The translations under genes were made by a program, and so were the position numbers. Below, piece after piece: positions 47,002 to 60,130 of a stretch of 64,000 nucleotides of DNA. A model generated the notes under the pieces. That model saw only the letters and a list, made by a program, of their open reading frames with translations, did no database searches and had not been told where the DNA came from. This DNA comes from Amoebidium appalachense. Its lineage: Eukaryota; Protista; Ichthyosporea. The stretch covers positions 863,554 to 927,553 of the forward strand of contig CAVNZM010000001.1 in the NCBI GenBank assembly GCA_963693365.1. The letters run 5' to 3'. Position 1 is the first letter of the stretch, and every line of letters begins with the position of its first letter.

Positions 47002-48892
47002 CACACACAAACATGTGCATTGGTGTCTTTTTGATTTATTACCTGCAGGTGGTGCTGGGTCGGCCGATCCAGTGTTCATTTAATGTACGAATGTATTCCT
47101 GAATGTCCAAACACGGTGATCATTAGCATTATAAAATACCCAGCAGGTGTTCGTACCTATTACATGAGTACACTAGGACACGTGAACACTCTGATCTAGA
47201 CACAGGGTAATACCATTGAATACACTCGTATAGTTGATGGCAATTTCGAAGGGTTGAACCCCCCTCCCCCCCCCCCCCCCCCCCCCCCAGTGCAACTAAG
47301 GACTTCCCGTACATAGTGCACCGTTCCCCCCACCAGCATACACGACCACAACCCTTCCACGGCTTAGGGGGGCTTGCACCCACTGTTTAGGCATGCAGCG
47401 AAATATCGCGCAAACAATTTTACACCGCAAAGACCCCCCCCCGTTCATCCCCCCCAGTGCATCTGTGGTCTTCCCGTGCATGGTATACGTGTTGCATGCT
47501 GGTGGGGGGCATGGTGCACTACACGTATACCATGCACGGGAAAGCAACAGATGCACTGGGGGGGATGGACGGGGGGGGGGTCTTTGCGGTGTAAAATTGT
47601 TTGCGCGATAATTCGCTGCATGCCAAAACAGTGGGTGCAAGCCCCCCTAAGCCGTAGGAAGGTTGTGATCGTGCATGCTGGTGGGGGGCATAGTGCACTA
47701 CACATATACCATGCACGGGAAGTCCACAGTTGCACTGGGGGGGGTGGACGGGGGGGGTCTTTGCGGTGTAAAATTGTTTGCGCGACATGTCGCTGCTTGC
47801 CAAAACAGTGGGTGCAAGCCCCCCTAAGCCGTAGGAAGGTTGTGGTCGTGCATGCTGGTGGGGGGCATGGTGCACTACACGTATACCATGCACGGAAAAG
47901 CAACAGATGCACTGGGGGGGATGGACGGGGGGGGGTCTTTGCGGTGTAAAATTGTTTGCGCGATAATTCGCTGCATGCCAAAACAGTGGGTGCAAGCCCC
48001 CCTAAGCCGTAGGAAGGTTGTGATCGTGCATGCTGGTGGGGGGCATGGTGCACTACACATATACCATGCACGGGAAGTCCACAGTTGCACTGGGGGGGGT
48101 GGACGGGGGGGGGGTCTTTGCGGTGTAAAATTGTTTGCGCGACATGTCGCTGCTTGCCAAAACAGTGGGTGCAAGCCCCCCTAAGCCGTAGGAAGGTTGT
48201 GGTCGTGCATGCTGGTGGGGGGCATGGTGCACTACACGTATACCATGCACGGGAAAGCAACAGATGCACTGGGGGGGATGGACGGGGGGGGGTCTTTGCA
48301 GTGTAAAATTGTTTGCGCGATAATTTGCTGCATGCCAAAACAGTGGGTGTAAGCCCCCCTAAGCCGTAGGAAGGTTGTGGTCGTGCATGCTGGTGGGGGG
48401 CATGGTGCACTACACGTATACCATGCACGGGAAAGCAACAGATGCACTGGGGGGGATGGACGGGGGGGGGTCTTTGTGGTGTAAAATTGTTTACGCGACA
48501 TGTCGCTGCATGCCAAAACAGTGGGTGTAAGCCCCCCTAAGCCGTGGGGGAACGGTGCACTACATGTGTACCATGCACGGGAAGACCTTAGTTGCACTGG
48601 GGGGGGTGGGGGGGGGGGGGGGGGGGGGGGGGGGAGGGGGGTTCAACCCTTCGAAATTGCCATCAACTATACGAGTGTATTCAATGGTATTACCCTATGC
48701 CTAGATCAGAGTGTTCAAGTGTCCTAGTGTACTAATGTAATAGGTACGAACACCTATTTGGTATTTTATAATGCTAATGAGCACTATATTTGGACATTCA
48801 GGAATACATTCGTACATTTTGTGAACACTTTTTCGCCCGACCCGAGCACCACAGTGAGTGCTACGGGGGGGTTGGTTGGGGAGGGGAGGGGG

Positions 48893-48927
<35 letters not shown>

Positions 48928-49083
48928 AACGTACAACTCGTACTGCTTGGTAAGCTGATCCAGGGACTCGTGTAGTGCACCATGCCCCCCACCAGCATGC
49001 ATCATTAAAGCCTTTCCACGAGCCTTTCCACCAGCATGCACGACCACAGCCACAGCCTTCCCCGGTATGATGCCTTTTCTGAT

Positions 49084-49116
<33 letters not shown>

Positions 49117-49347
49117 TTCCCCCACAAACAAACAAACACCTAGGGGGGCCACGCGATTCCCGTGCCACTACTGCTGGGTCAAATGGAATCGTATATGCAA
49201 GACTGGGAAAGAGACTGCTCCTTTACGCACAGAGGCACAACACAACAAGATCTATGCCAAGGCCGATAAATTACGGGCTGATAAGAAGAGTGGGAAAGTT
49301 ACTCAATTGTTAAAAAACTCGTCCATGCATGACACGGAGGTACCCTT

Positions 49348-49386
<39 letters not shown>

Positions 49387-49514
49387 ATAGCTAACGCTTG
49401 ACACCGGAGAGTACCATAGAATACACTAGTAGTAGGGAATGTCAGTGTTTCGAATGATCGTGGTAGATAAGTTTATGTCTCGGTGTAGGCCAACAGAATC
49501 CAACCATGCAAACC

Positions 49515-49546
<32 letters not shown>

Positions 49547-49868
49547 TTCCTACCAGAACCTCATGAGCAGGGTTCCCGGCTTCATGTACCTGAAGGGGGT
49601 CATACCTGAGCGAATGCACCAGGCGGAGAGTGGTGTGTTCATGCGCATTCTCGAGTGCTACGTCAAACTAGTGGAGCTGACGTGCCAGCGGGTATATGCC
49701 GACAACCCTCGGCAGGCCAAGATGGAGGAGACAAAGCTGCTTCAGGAGCTTGACCGTCGCTGGAAAGCATTGCCGCCCTTTCCGTACCTTCGGAAAATGG
49801 CGCAAGGAGTTACCAACCTAGCCTTTCTGAAGGCGAACGAATACAGGGATATGATGAAGGAAAGTCTC

Positions 49869-49917
<49 letters not shown>

Positions 49918-50270
49918 ACCAGTCTCCCCCAGGAAAAACACACACCCATACAAAGGTTACCAGCTGAGTGTAGTACTTGCACTCCTAGACCCCTAGCACT
50001 AGCACACCATGGCTGCTTGACAATGCAAGTTATAAAGATAATCTATTAACTCGATCCCATCGTCAACATTACAGACGGTAATATTTGTCTTCAAGGATCT
50101 CCTGCCGTGTGATGTGACCAATAAGAAGGTGGAGCTGACAGTGGTCGCATATCTGGATTGGTACGCCCAGCTCTGCGCTGAGAGTTTCACCGACGAGTCC
50201 CTGGATCAGCTTACCAAGCAGTACGAGTTGTACGTCTCTCTCTCTCTCTCTCTCTCTCTCCCCCCTCCCT

Positions 50271-50301
<31 letters not shown>

Positions 50302-51071
50302 CCCCCTCCCCTCCCAACCGTGTGTGTGTGTGTGTGAAGGAGGGAGGGAGGGACGGAGGGAGGGAGGGACGGGGGGAGGGAGGGAGGGATGGTTGGGAGG
50401 GAGGGAGGGAGGGGGGAGGGAGGGACGGAGGGAGGGACGGAGGGAGGGAGGGAGGGATGGTTGGGAGGGAGGGAGGGAGGGGGGGGAGGGGGGAGGGAGG
50501 GTGGGAGGGAGGGAGAAAAGAGAGAGAGACAGTGTGTGTGTGTGCATATCTGTATGTGTGTGTGTGTGTGTGTGTTTGCGTGTGTGTGTGTGTGTGCATA
50601 TGTGAGTGTGCATGTGCATGTGTGTGTGTCTGTGTGTGCATATGTGCATGTGTGTGTGTGTGCCTGTGTGTGTGTGTGTATGCGTGTCTGTGTCTGATGT
50701 GTGGATGTCTGTGTATGTTGTGTGTGTGTGCATGTCTGTGTGTGTGTATGTGCTCAGTTGAAAGGGCAGGGGGGGAGAGGGGGGATGCACCGTGTGTGTG
50801 CATGTGTGCACGTGTGTGTGTGTGTGCTCTGTGGAGAGGGAAGGGGGAGGGGGGAAATGCACCGTGTGTGTGCATGTATGTGTGTGTGTGTGTGTGTGTG
50901 TGTCTGTGTGTATGTGTGTGTGTGTGTGTTGTGTGTTTGTGTGTGTGTGCATGTCTGTGTGCGTCGTGTGTGGTGTGTGTGTGTGTGTGCATGTCTGTGC
51001 ATGTGTGCATGTGCTCGGTGGAGAGGGAAGGGGAAGGGGGGGATTCGTGTCCGTGCATGTGTGCATGTGTG

Positions 51072-51106
<35 letters not shown>

Positions 51107-51289
51107 ATGTATGTGTGTGTGTATGTGCTCGGTTGAGAGGGAAGGGGGGGGGGGGGATGCACCATGTGTGTGCATGTGTGCACGTGTGTGTGTGTGTGTG
51201 CTCTGTGGAGAGGGAATGGGAGGGGGAGGAAATGCACCGTGTGTGTGCATATGTGTGTGTGTCTCTCTGTATGTGTGTGTGTGTGTGTT

Positions 51290-51346
<57 letters not shown>

Positions 51347-51436
51347 CGTGTGTGTGAGTGCATGTTTCTGCATTGTGTGCGAGCATGTGGATGCCTTGGG
51401 AAGAGCAAGATTGGACGGTATCGAATGCTGTGTGTG

Positions 51437-51472
<36 letters not shown>

Positions 51473-51685
51473 CAATGATAAGCCGGCCATGTGTTTATCA
51501 TGGCGCACCGGTAAATGCATGTGGCGATTATGTGTAAATATATAAACGGAAATACATTATAAAAAAGGACTCACTCAACGAGATGAAGGAGCGTTACAGA
51601 ACGTACGTGTCTGCCGCCCCCCCCCCCCCCCCAACCCCCGCCCCCCCCCCCCAACCCCCCCTGTCTTCCCTCCTTCCCCACTACG

Positions 51686-51719
<34 letters not shown>

Positions 51720-53742
51720 CACGTCCCCCCTTGTAGCATAGTATATGTACATGTGTTGCTTACACATTATTGGTTTTTTCAATAACTACCCACAGAACAG
51801 CTTCTAGCACGAGAAATTTACCACACAGTTTATGGGGGGGATGGGGAATGTGCCCCTGGAGTACGAGGGTCACACGAAAAAAACACACGGTTGTAGCTCG
51901 AATAGAACCCCCCTTGTAGCATAGTATATGTACATGCGTTGCTTACACATTATTGGTTTTTTCAATAACTACCCACAGAACAGCTTCTAGCACGAGAAAG
52001 TTACCACACAGTTTATGGGGGGGATGGGGAATGTGCCCCTGGAGTGCGAGGGTCACACGAAAAAAACACAACGTTGCACCCACTGTTTTGGCATGCAGCG
52101 AATTATCGCGCAAACAATTTTACACCGCAAAGACCCCCCCCGTCCATCCCCCCCAGTGCATCTGTTGCTTTCCCGTGCATGGTATACGTGTAGTGCACCA
52201 TGCCCCCCACCAGCATGCACGACCACAACCTTCCTACGGCTTAGGGGGGCTTGCACCCACTGTTTTGGCATGCAGCGAATTATCGCGCAAACAATTTTAC
52301 ACCGCAAAGACCCCCCCCGTCCATCCCCCCCAGTGCATCTGTTGCTTTCCCGTGCATGGTATACGTGTAGTGCACCATTCCCCCCACCAGCATGCACGAC
52401 CACAACCTTCCTACGGCTTAGGGGGCTTGCACCCACTGTTTTGGCATGCAGCGAATTATCGCGCAAACAATTTTACACCGCAAAGACCCCCCCGTCCATC
52501 CCCCCCAGTGCATCTGTTGCTTTCCCGTGCATGGTATACGTGTAGTGCACCATGCCCCCCACCAGCATGCACGACCACAACCTTCCTACGGCTTAGGGGG
52601 GCTTACACCCACTGTTTTGGCATGCAGCGAATTATCGCGCAAACAATTTTACACCGCAAAGACCCCCCCCCCCCGTCCCCCCCCCCCCCCCCATTGCATC
52701 TGTTGCTTTCCCGTGCATGGCACACGTGTAATGCACCATGCCCCCCACCAGCATGCAGTGAGTGAGCATGCAGTGACTATTAGTGCAAATCAATCTGCAT
52801 ACAGGTTCTGTGACCGCATGGAAAAGACCTTCAAGGGCTGCAACCCATCAGAGATGAACTTCATAAAGTTCCACGTCGGCAAGCACTACTCCTTGGCCAC
52901 AAAGGAGTTTGGGGCATTCGAGTCAGCTGAGGGTGGAGAGCGCCACCACAAGCTGTCGAAGGTGGCATACAAGTCCACTAACAAGAACACCATCACCTTT
53001 GAAAGCCAGGTAAATCAGCCCCCCCCCCCCCCCCCCCCCCCCTCCCTCCCCCACCTCATCTGCCTGCTACCCTATGGATCACACCCTTCGTTTCTCACGT
53101 ATTCACTAACTCTCCCCCTTCCTCTCTCCCCTCCCCCCCCCTCCCCCCCCCCCCCCCCACAACCCCCCCCCCCACCCCTTCCCCCAACACTCACCCTCCC
53201 CCCTTGCCCCCTCAACACACACACACCTTCGTACACACACAACAGATGGTGGAGAACATCAGAAGATACGAGGCTATGGCATTCCTCTCCAGCCTGGCTG
53301 ACAGTAACCTCTTGGACAGAGGTGAGGTGGAGGACCCTAGTGGTGTTGTGGAGGACCCACTGGCTGTTGCAGCACAAGAAGAGGCCATTGCAGAGAAGCT
53401 TGGGGAGGATTTCATCCTGATCGGTGCAGTCCCCCCTTACCCAGTTAACCATAAAGAATATCCCCCCCCCCCCCCCAACACACACACACAGAGACATGTG
53501 CATCGGTGGTCTTTTTTGATTTATTACCTCCACGTGGTGCTGGGTCGGACGACCAACTGTCCAATCGATGTACGAATGTATTCGTGGGTGTTCCAATTGG
53601 GTGTTAACGTATCATCCTCGTTTACCAACAAGGTGTTCGTACCCATTACATTAGTATCCTAGGACACGTGAACACTCTGATCTAGGCACAGGGTAATACC
53701 ATTGAATACACTCGTATAGTTGATGGCAATTTCGAAGGGTTG

Positions 53743-53775
<33 letters not shown>

Positions 53776-54411
53776 ACCCCCCCAGTGCAACTAAGGACTT
53801 CCCGTGCATAGTGCACCGTTCCCCCCACCAGCATACACGACCACAACCTTTCCACGGCCTAGGGGGGCTTGCACAAACTGTTTAAGCATGCAGCAACATA
53901 TCGCGCAAACAATTTTACACCGCAAAGACCCCCCCCCCCCCCCCCCCCCCCCCCCTTCCATCCCCAGCAAACGGAAAACATAACAAACCGACATAACCAC
54001 TCACACACACTATACCTTTTTCTACCTTTTTCTGATAGGTAAGGAACCAAAGCCGGTCTTCCTACGCCAACTTGACCAGACCTATCCTGGATGGAACGGG
54101 AACTACCATGCGTCCGTCAAGAAGCATCCTCAACTGAAGCAACTTCCGGCCCGCCTACAGTGGGCTTTAACCCCACCAGAGCAGCGGCCTGGCGGGGCAC
54201 GGCTGCGTCGGGACCAGATGCCCAACCCTGACGAGAATCAGGTGTGTTATTTTTCAGGGCACCTCTCCCTCTCTCCACCTCTCCTCCCCCACCCACTCTG
54301 CCTTTCCTTCATCCCTATCCTCACCCTGCTCCCCCTCCCCCATCCTCCCTCCCCCCCTCCTCCCCCCCCACCCCCCTTTTTCCTTGTGTTACATGTTCTC
54401 ATCACCCCCCC

Positions 54412-54448
<37 letters not shown>

Positions 54449-54898
54449 ACGCACACACACACAAAACCCTTCCAACAACCTTTTGCCCAGATACACGTCT
54501 ACCGGTCCATCCACATCAGAGAGGAGGGAAGCAAGTTATACTTCCGGGTGGTGGCATCGGACTCATTCTATGGGAGCCCTCGCTACGACAGCATTCAGGT
54601 GGATGCTGTTGACGACCAAGGCAACAAGGACGAGTGGTATGCGCGGGTCTTGTGTTTGTTTAAATGCATGCACGAGGGAGAACGTAGGTGCTTTGCATTC
54701 GTTCAGTGGTATGAGAAGAAAGGGATGTGTTGTCGGTGTGGGTGTGAAAAGCTGGTTCTTGTAGACCATTACGAATGCATAGAGGTGGAATCGATTCTAG
54801 GGCTCGTGCACGTGGTTCCTAGGTTTGGAAAGGGCCCCAATGATTTCTATGTAAACAGGTTTATCTACCTGGGGACTGTGACTGAGCGCCAGAGCTGA
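44702..54898 (+). CDS. Plavaka-type transposase, copy B, 12 exons, ~961 aa
   Basis: Exons 44702-45166, 45374-45526, 45940-46161, 46479-46627, 46714-46962, 49144-49339, 49557-49859, 50075-50229, 52805-53009, 53246-53423, 54039-54241 and 54491-54898 (2886 nt, open). N-terminal CPVC..HVRAC zinc finger; [20 protein letters not shown]; YITDWPEG; ERMHQ; EGGERHHK; C-terminal [15 protein letters not shown]. Intron 7 needs a GA donor. Confidence 0.88.
47085..48820. repeat. Foldback in transposase intron 5: long inverted arms around a ~178-bp tandem array
   Basis: 47085-47490 is the reverse complement of ~48400-48820; AAGCCGT recurs at 47649, 47826, 48004, 48183, 48361 and 48539. Confidence 0.88.
50320..51470 (+). 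repeat. Composite (GGGA)n/(GT)n block in intron 8, paralogous to 16140-17670
   Basis: Same ordered unique spacers as 16140-17670. Confidence 0.85.
51727..52757. repeat. Two abutting minisatellites in intron 8: ~183-bp family x2, then ~177-bp family x~4
   Basis: 51727-52075 is the reverse complement of the 14.2-15.5 kb unit; 52076-52757 is the reverse complement of the intron-5 array unit. Confidence 0.88.
53460..53960 (+). repeat. Direct copy of the intron-5 5' segment (~46970-47440) in intron 10
   Basis: Shared TTTTTGATTTATTACCT..GGTGCTGGGTCGG..GGACACGTGAACACTCTGATCTAG..TTCGAAGGGTTGAACC. Confidence 0.85.
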
Positions 54899-55229
54899 GT
54901 ATGTAATTGGTCGTGCACGTGTAATCATCAATCTCCTTGGCTTGCATTATTTGATGTGTGTGTGTGTGTGTGTGATATTGATAGGACCCGATAAAGAAGT
55001 GTGTGTGTTCGTGTGTTGTTCAACTGACTGTTCAGTAACTATACGTGAATAGTCATAACCTAAGAGGACGATGAGTATTACATTGTGCCGCCTGTTTGTT
55101 TGAATGTTCGTACCCATAGAATGAAGGAAACCGAAACTGTGTACCGTAAAGTTTGTAACAGCATGAATGCCCCTTTACGATCTCAAAATAAATCGAAGGA
55201 CTGTATAACCCGTGTGTGCGTGTGTGCGC

Positions 55230-55271
<42 letters not shown>

Positions 55272-56120
55272 ATATGTCCGTGTGTGCATCAGCCACACAG
55301 CGCACGCACAAACGCGTGCATGCATGCACGCACGCACACACACACACACACACACACGCACGCACACACACACACATACACGCACACACACACAGACACA
55401 CATACACGCACACACACGCACACACACACACACGCACACACACATACACAAAACACATACACACACGTGCGCGCAGGCACACACGCACGCACGCGCACAC
55501 ACACACGCATATACAGACACACGTCACAGAACTCCAAACAAGCACGTAGGCACTCAACAGTGTATTCACGAATACATGATGTGTTCACAAGGCGACGATG
55601 TTCAGGGATATTCGTCCAATCAAAAGTCTCCAAATATTTCCCACAATCACAACGACCGAGGATGTTTTTGCCCTATATAAAGCCAGTATTCCCACCACTA
55701 CTAATTGTGCGCAGGTATACCTGCGCACATATTAGCACTCCACATGACGTAGTATTAAAAACCCGTGGATATATATTTTTTTTTCGTGCTCACTACTATA
55801 TTATAGCCTTGCTAATTAATCAATATTTGAGCTCTTTGCTGTTTATTTCATATTTTACATTTCGCCGCGAGCTGCAAACAGAGTTGGCTTTTATATTTAT
55901 TGAAGGGTATCGATACCTGCGTATTTCAAATAATACCGTCAAACATTTATAATAAAATTTGTTGATGTCTATACAGTGTTTCAAATAAACCTTCTTAAAA
56001 CATTCAATCTATATTTTAGCTTTTTAGCACATCCCCCCCTTTTTTTAGTTATCTACGCAGTGGTTTTTGTCGCTCTCCCTTGCCTGGGTGCTTTAAAAAG
56101 CTATATATATATCGGCGGTG

Positions 56121-56618
56121 TCCGTTTGTGTTCATGGCACGTTCAACGTGTATTCAGCGTGAGCACTCGTTTGCACTGATGGATATTCAGTTGCACCAAG
56201 CTCCTCCCCTGCCGGCGGCGGCGAACGCGGCGGAGCTGCGTTCGAATCGTGCTCAATCCTGTACAAAAACGTTCTAATCGACTGTTCGCAGAATGAAAAA
56301 TAAAAAAATGGCACGAAAACTGGCCAAAATGGTGTTACAAATTTACTGGAATGCAACAGTATATACAAAAACGTACAAAAACGTTCGGGTTGGGCACTTT
56401 GTTGCATTTTTGAGCATTCAGCGAATGTACATCCGGGAAACTGGGTACTGGTCATAACGATCTGTGCCAGAGCCGCTGTCCATTGGTGGATCTCACTCAG
56501 GATCATGGTGGCATATCCGCGGTGTACATGTGGGGTTTAATTTCGCTCTTCTCTTTCTTTTCTCGTTTGTTGTAACCAGCACAGCGTTACAAGGCGGTCG
56601 CAGTAGACGCAATAAAGC

Positions 56619-56679
<61 letters not shown>

Positions 56680-57750
56680 CGTACTACTCCCACCGTCACG
56701 CGAACCTGCCTCGCTCAGCCTTGCTCGATGCACGTATCCGTGTGTGTTCATGGAATGTTCAATCGGAACATTTGTGGATAGCCATTGGCACCCAGCTCCT
56801 CCCCTGCCGGCGCGGCGGAGCTGCGTTCGAATCGTGCTCAATCCTGTACAAAAACGTTCTAATCGACTGTTCGCCGAATGAAAAATAAAAAATTGGCACG
56901 AAAACTGGCCAAAATGGTGTTACAAATTTACTGGAATGCAACAGTATGTACAAAAACGTACAAAAACGTTCGGGTTGGGCACTTTTTTGCATTTTTGAGC
57001 ATTCAGCGAATGTACATCCGGGAAACTGGGTACTGGTCATGACGATCTGTGCCAGAGCCGCTGGCCATTGGTGGATCTCACTCAGGATCATGGTGGCATA
57101 TCCGCGGTGTACATGTGGGGTATAATTTCGCTCTTCTCTTTCTTTTCTCGTTTGTTGTAACCAGCACAGCGTTACAAGGCGGTCGCAGTAGACGCAATAA
57201 AGCTACTTTATATATATATATATATATATATTACGTACTACTCCCACCGTCACGCGAACCTGCCTTGCTCAGCCTCACTCGATGCGCGTATCCGTGTGTG
57301 TTCATGGAATGTTCAATCAGAACATTTGTGGATAGCCATTGGCACCCAGCTCCTCCCCTGCCGGCGCGGCGGAGCTGCGTTCGAATCGTGCTCAATCCTG
57401 TACAAAAACGTTCTAATCGACTGTTCGCCGAATGAAAAATAAAAAATTGGCACGAAAACTGGCCAAAACGGTGTTACAAATTTACTGGAATGCAACAGTA
57501 TATACAAAAACGTACAAAAACGTTCGGGTTGGGCACGTTTTTGCATTTTTGAGCATTCAGCGAATGTACATCCGGGAAACTGGGTACTGGTCATGACGAT
57601 CTGTGCCAAAGCCGCTGGCCATTGGTGGATCTCATTCAGGAATGCGGCGAGCGCAGCAAGGCCGTTTCAATGGGCGTACATCCAACCTTTTTTCGTTTCG
57701 GTCCGGTCTGTTCTTTGCAAAAAGCACAGCGTTACAGGGCGGTCAAAGTA
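56121..57750 (+). repeat. Tandem triplication of a ~555-615-bp unit containing (TA)n
   Basis: Unit starts at ~56121, 56737 and 57291; part of the length difference comes from the TA tract. Confidence 0.92.
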
Positions 57751-57847
57751 GCTAGACACAGCCTTCACTTAGTAATTCTTATATAAGCATACCCGAACCT
57801 TTCCCTGTCGTTCCCTTACGTTTCTCCGCCATAGTATAACCTTCAAC

Positions 57848-59279
57848 ATGAGCGATTCGCCAGCAGACGCGCAACAAAAGGTAGTTGTTGAGTAAAAATT
57901 GATGAGTTGGTCGTGAAAATCCAAAATGGCCTGAACATTTCGACTCTTTCAATTCCTCTCGGTACAACAAGCCCTCTTCAGTTTGTTTCAACAACACCTG
58001 ATCAAGTCGGCAGGCCAAATCGCCAACTTGGGTTTCAAGCCCCCACCCCCGCTAGGGCCTCCCCGCCGGCCTCTCACCCGCTTGTACCAGAAAACCGCGT
58101 CATCACACCCGCCGTTGCTCGCCAGCTCATCACGGACATCGGCGCAGACAAATGGCTGTCGTGCCTCTGTGTCCGGGCTCCCCAGGTCGAGGGCGTTACC
58201 GTGCAGCGGGAACCGTCGAGTTTTGGACAATGCGTAGGGTACAGTGCACCCCCTCACAACGCCACTCAGTGCAAGAAGAAAGCAACGGAGGAAGGTGGTC
58301 TGTGTGTGCTGCACCAGGCACAACTTGGGACCGGAGGAGGCTATGGCCAGGTTCACATTGGTCCCCTCTTTCCCCATCTCTCCTACTCACACACATTGTC
58401 ACCCTGACGAGCAGACATCTTTGTGCCTGGATACTCACACTCTAGCTCCCCACAGTCTTGCACCTCACCTCTGTCTCTTGTTTCTTCGCATATACCCCCC
58501 CTCGCCCCCACCAGCTTTCCTCCGCCCCTCCCCCCTCCCCCTTCCCCCCTTACACGGTCTGAACCCGAGTTGTCTTTCTGACGTTTCTCCCACTCTCATC
58601 TTGCTCCCCCCCCCCCCCCCCCCCCCCGCCTAAACCTCCCCCCCCCCCCCCCCCCGTCCCCAACCAATACTTCCCCTTCCCTCCTCTCCTCTCACTTCTC
58701 CTGGGCCATCCCCTCTTCCCCCCTACACACACACCCTCCCCCTTCCCCCCCCCCCCTCCCCCCCTTCCCCCCCCCCCCCCCTGGGCCCCTCCTGCACACA
58801 CTCAGGTTCACAAATGCAAGAAGTTCCTGTGCGCAAACCTGGTCACCTGCTGCGAAGGGTACTGTGTGTCCCATACAGTTCACTTCCATCTTGAGCGCAA
58901 CGGTGAGACACCCCCCCCCCTCCCCCCCCCCCCCCCCTATCCCCCCCCCCCCCCCCCCCCCTCCCCCGCCCTTCCTTCCCCAGTCCCCCGCTCGCCCCCC
59001 ACCGCCCCCTCACCCCACTAGCCTGCGGTTTAAACCAACCGGCCTTTGAACAGGAGTGTGGCCTCATGTTTGTTACTTCTTAGTGTTCTTTTGCTAACCC
59101 CCAGGATCCTCCCCCCCCCCCCCCCCCCCTCGCCCCTCATCAGCCACATACATTCCTTCCCCATGCTCTGCTTGCACCCCCCCCCCCCCCCCCCCTAAAC
59201 CTGCCGTCCCCTTCCCCCACCCCCCCCCCCCCCCCCACCACGCACACACGGACACGCACACGCGTGCACACTTACACAC

Positions 59280-59333
<54 letters not shown>

Positions 59334-59448
59334 ACATACACACACACAAACACCACACACACACACACACATACACACACACACACATGCACACACACAT
59401 GCAGGTTCTCAGATAGTTCACTCGCCTGCGGCAGCATCTTCAAGTTAA
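57848..59448 (+). CDS. Transposon accessory gene C, 4 exons, ~180 aa, two C-C-C-H zinc-finger-like motifs
   Basis: GT-AG exons 57848-57880, 57982-58350, 58806-58902 and 59405-59448 (543 nt, open); QCVGYSAPPHNATQCKKKATEEGGLCVLH and CKKFLCANLVTCCEGYCVSH. Confidence 0.65.
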
Positions 59449-59529
59449 CGAAGCCACCACCAAGCTACTAGGGACTGCCGTTAATTTAGTAATAAAAGAA
59501 AGTGATAAAAAAACCTTGAGTCCGGGTCC

Positions 59530-59560
<31 letters not shown>

Positions 59561-60130
59561 ATCCTTTTGCATACATGAATATGCAGGCTGAATGTACATG
59601 TACACGGTAGTTGTACTACTGGAATATACCATCTTCTTCATATTCATTAGCATTCATATTCATATTCAATATTATCTGAGATGTGCCCAGCTACTATCCA
59701 TGTATGTTCACGAAGAGTATGGGGTTAGTACACATGAGTACCATATGGACACTATGCGGTGCAATGGAATACATAGTGTATAGGTGATATTCAGAGGGTA
59801 TTCATAGGATATTGTGTGGTACCAGTGACTGTTCAGTATGAGTATTTGGGTTGGTATACTATACGTGTTCATAGTGTGTTACAAGAATACAATCGAATAC
59901 GCGTTGTGTGGGTATTACTTGAATGTTCGTCATTAGGTATTCACATATATTCCGCATGTGTTCCATATGTGTTCGTCTGACATTCATAAGGCATTCATGA
60001 ATACATGGTGCCCGTTAGTGTTCATTGGAATGCCATACACGTGTACGAGTGTATCATTTAATGTTCTGGCTGAATATTCATGGTCGCGTTTTGGACAGTA
60101 TATTCCAATAATATTCAAGTACACCCCGGG

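Noticed and set aside
47374-48597. Repetitive Cys/His-rich ORFs (also 51953-52765)
   Set aside because: They are translations of intronic minisatellites, and frames shift at variable G/C runs.
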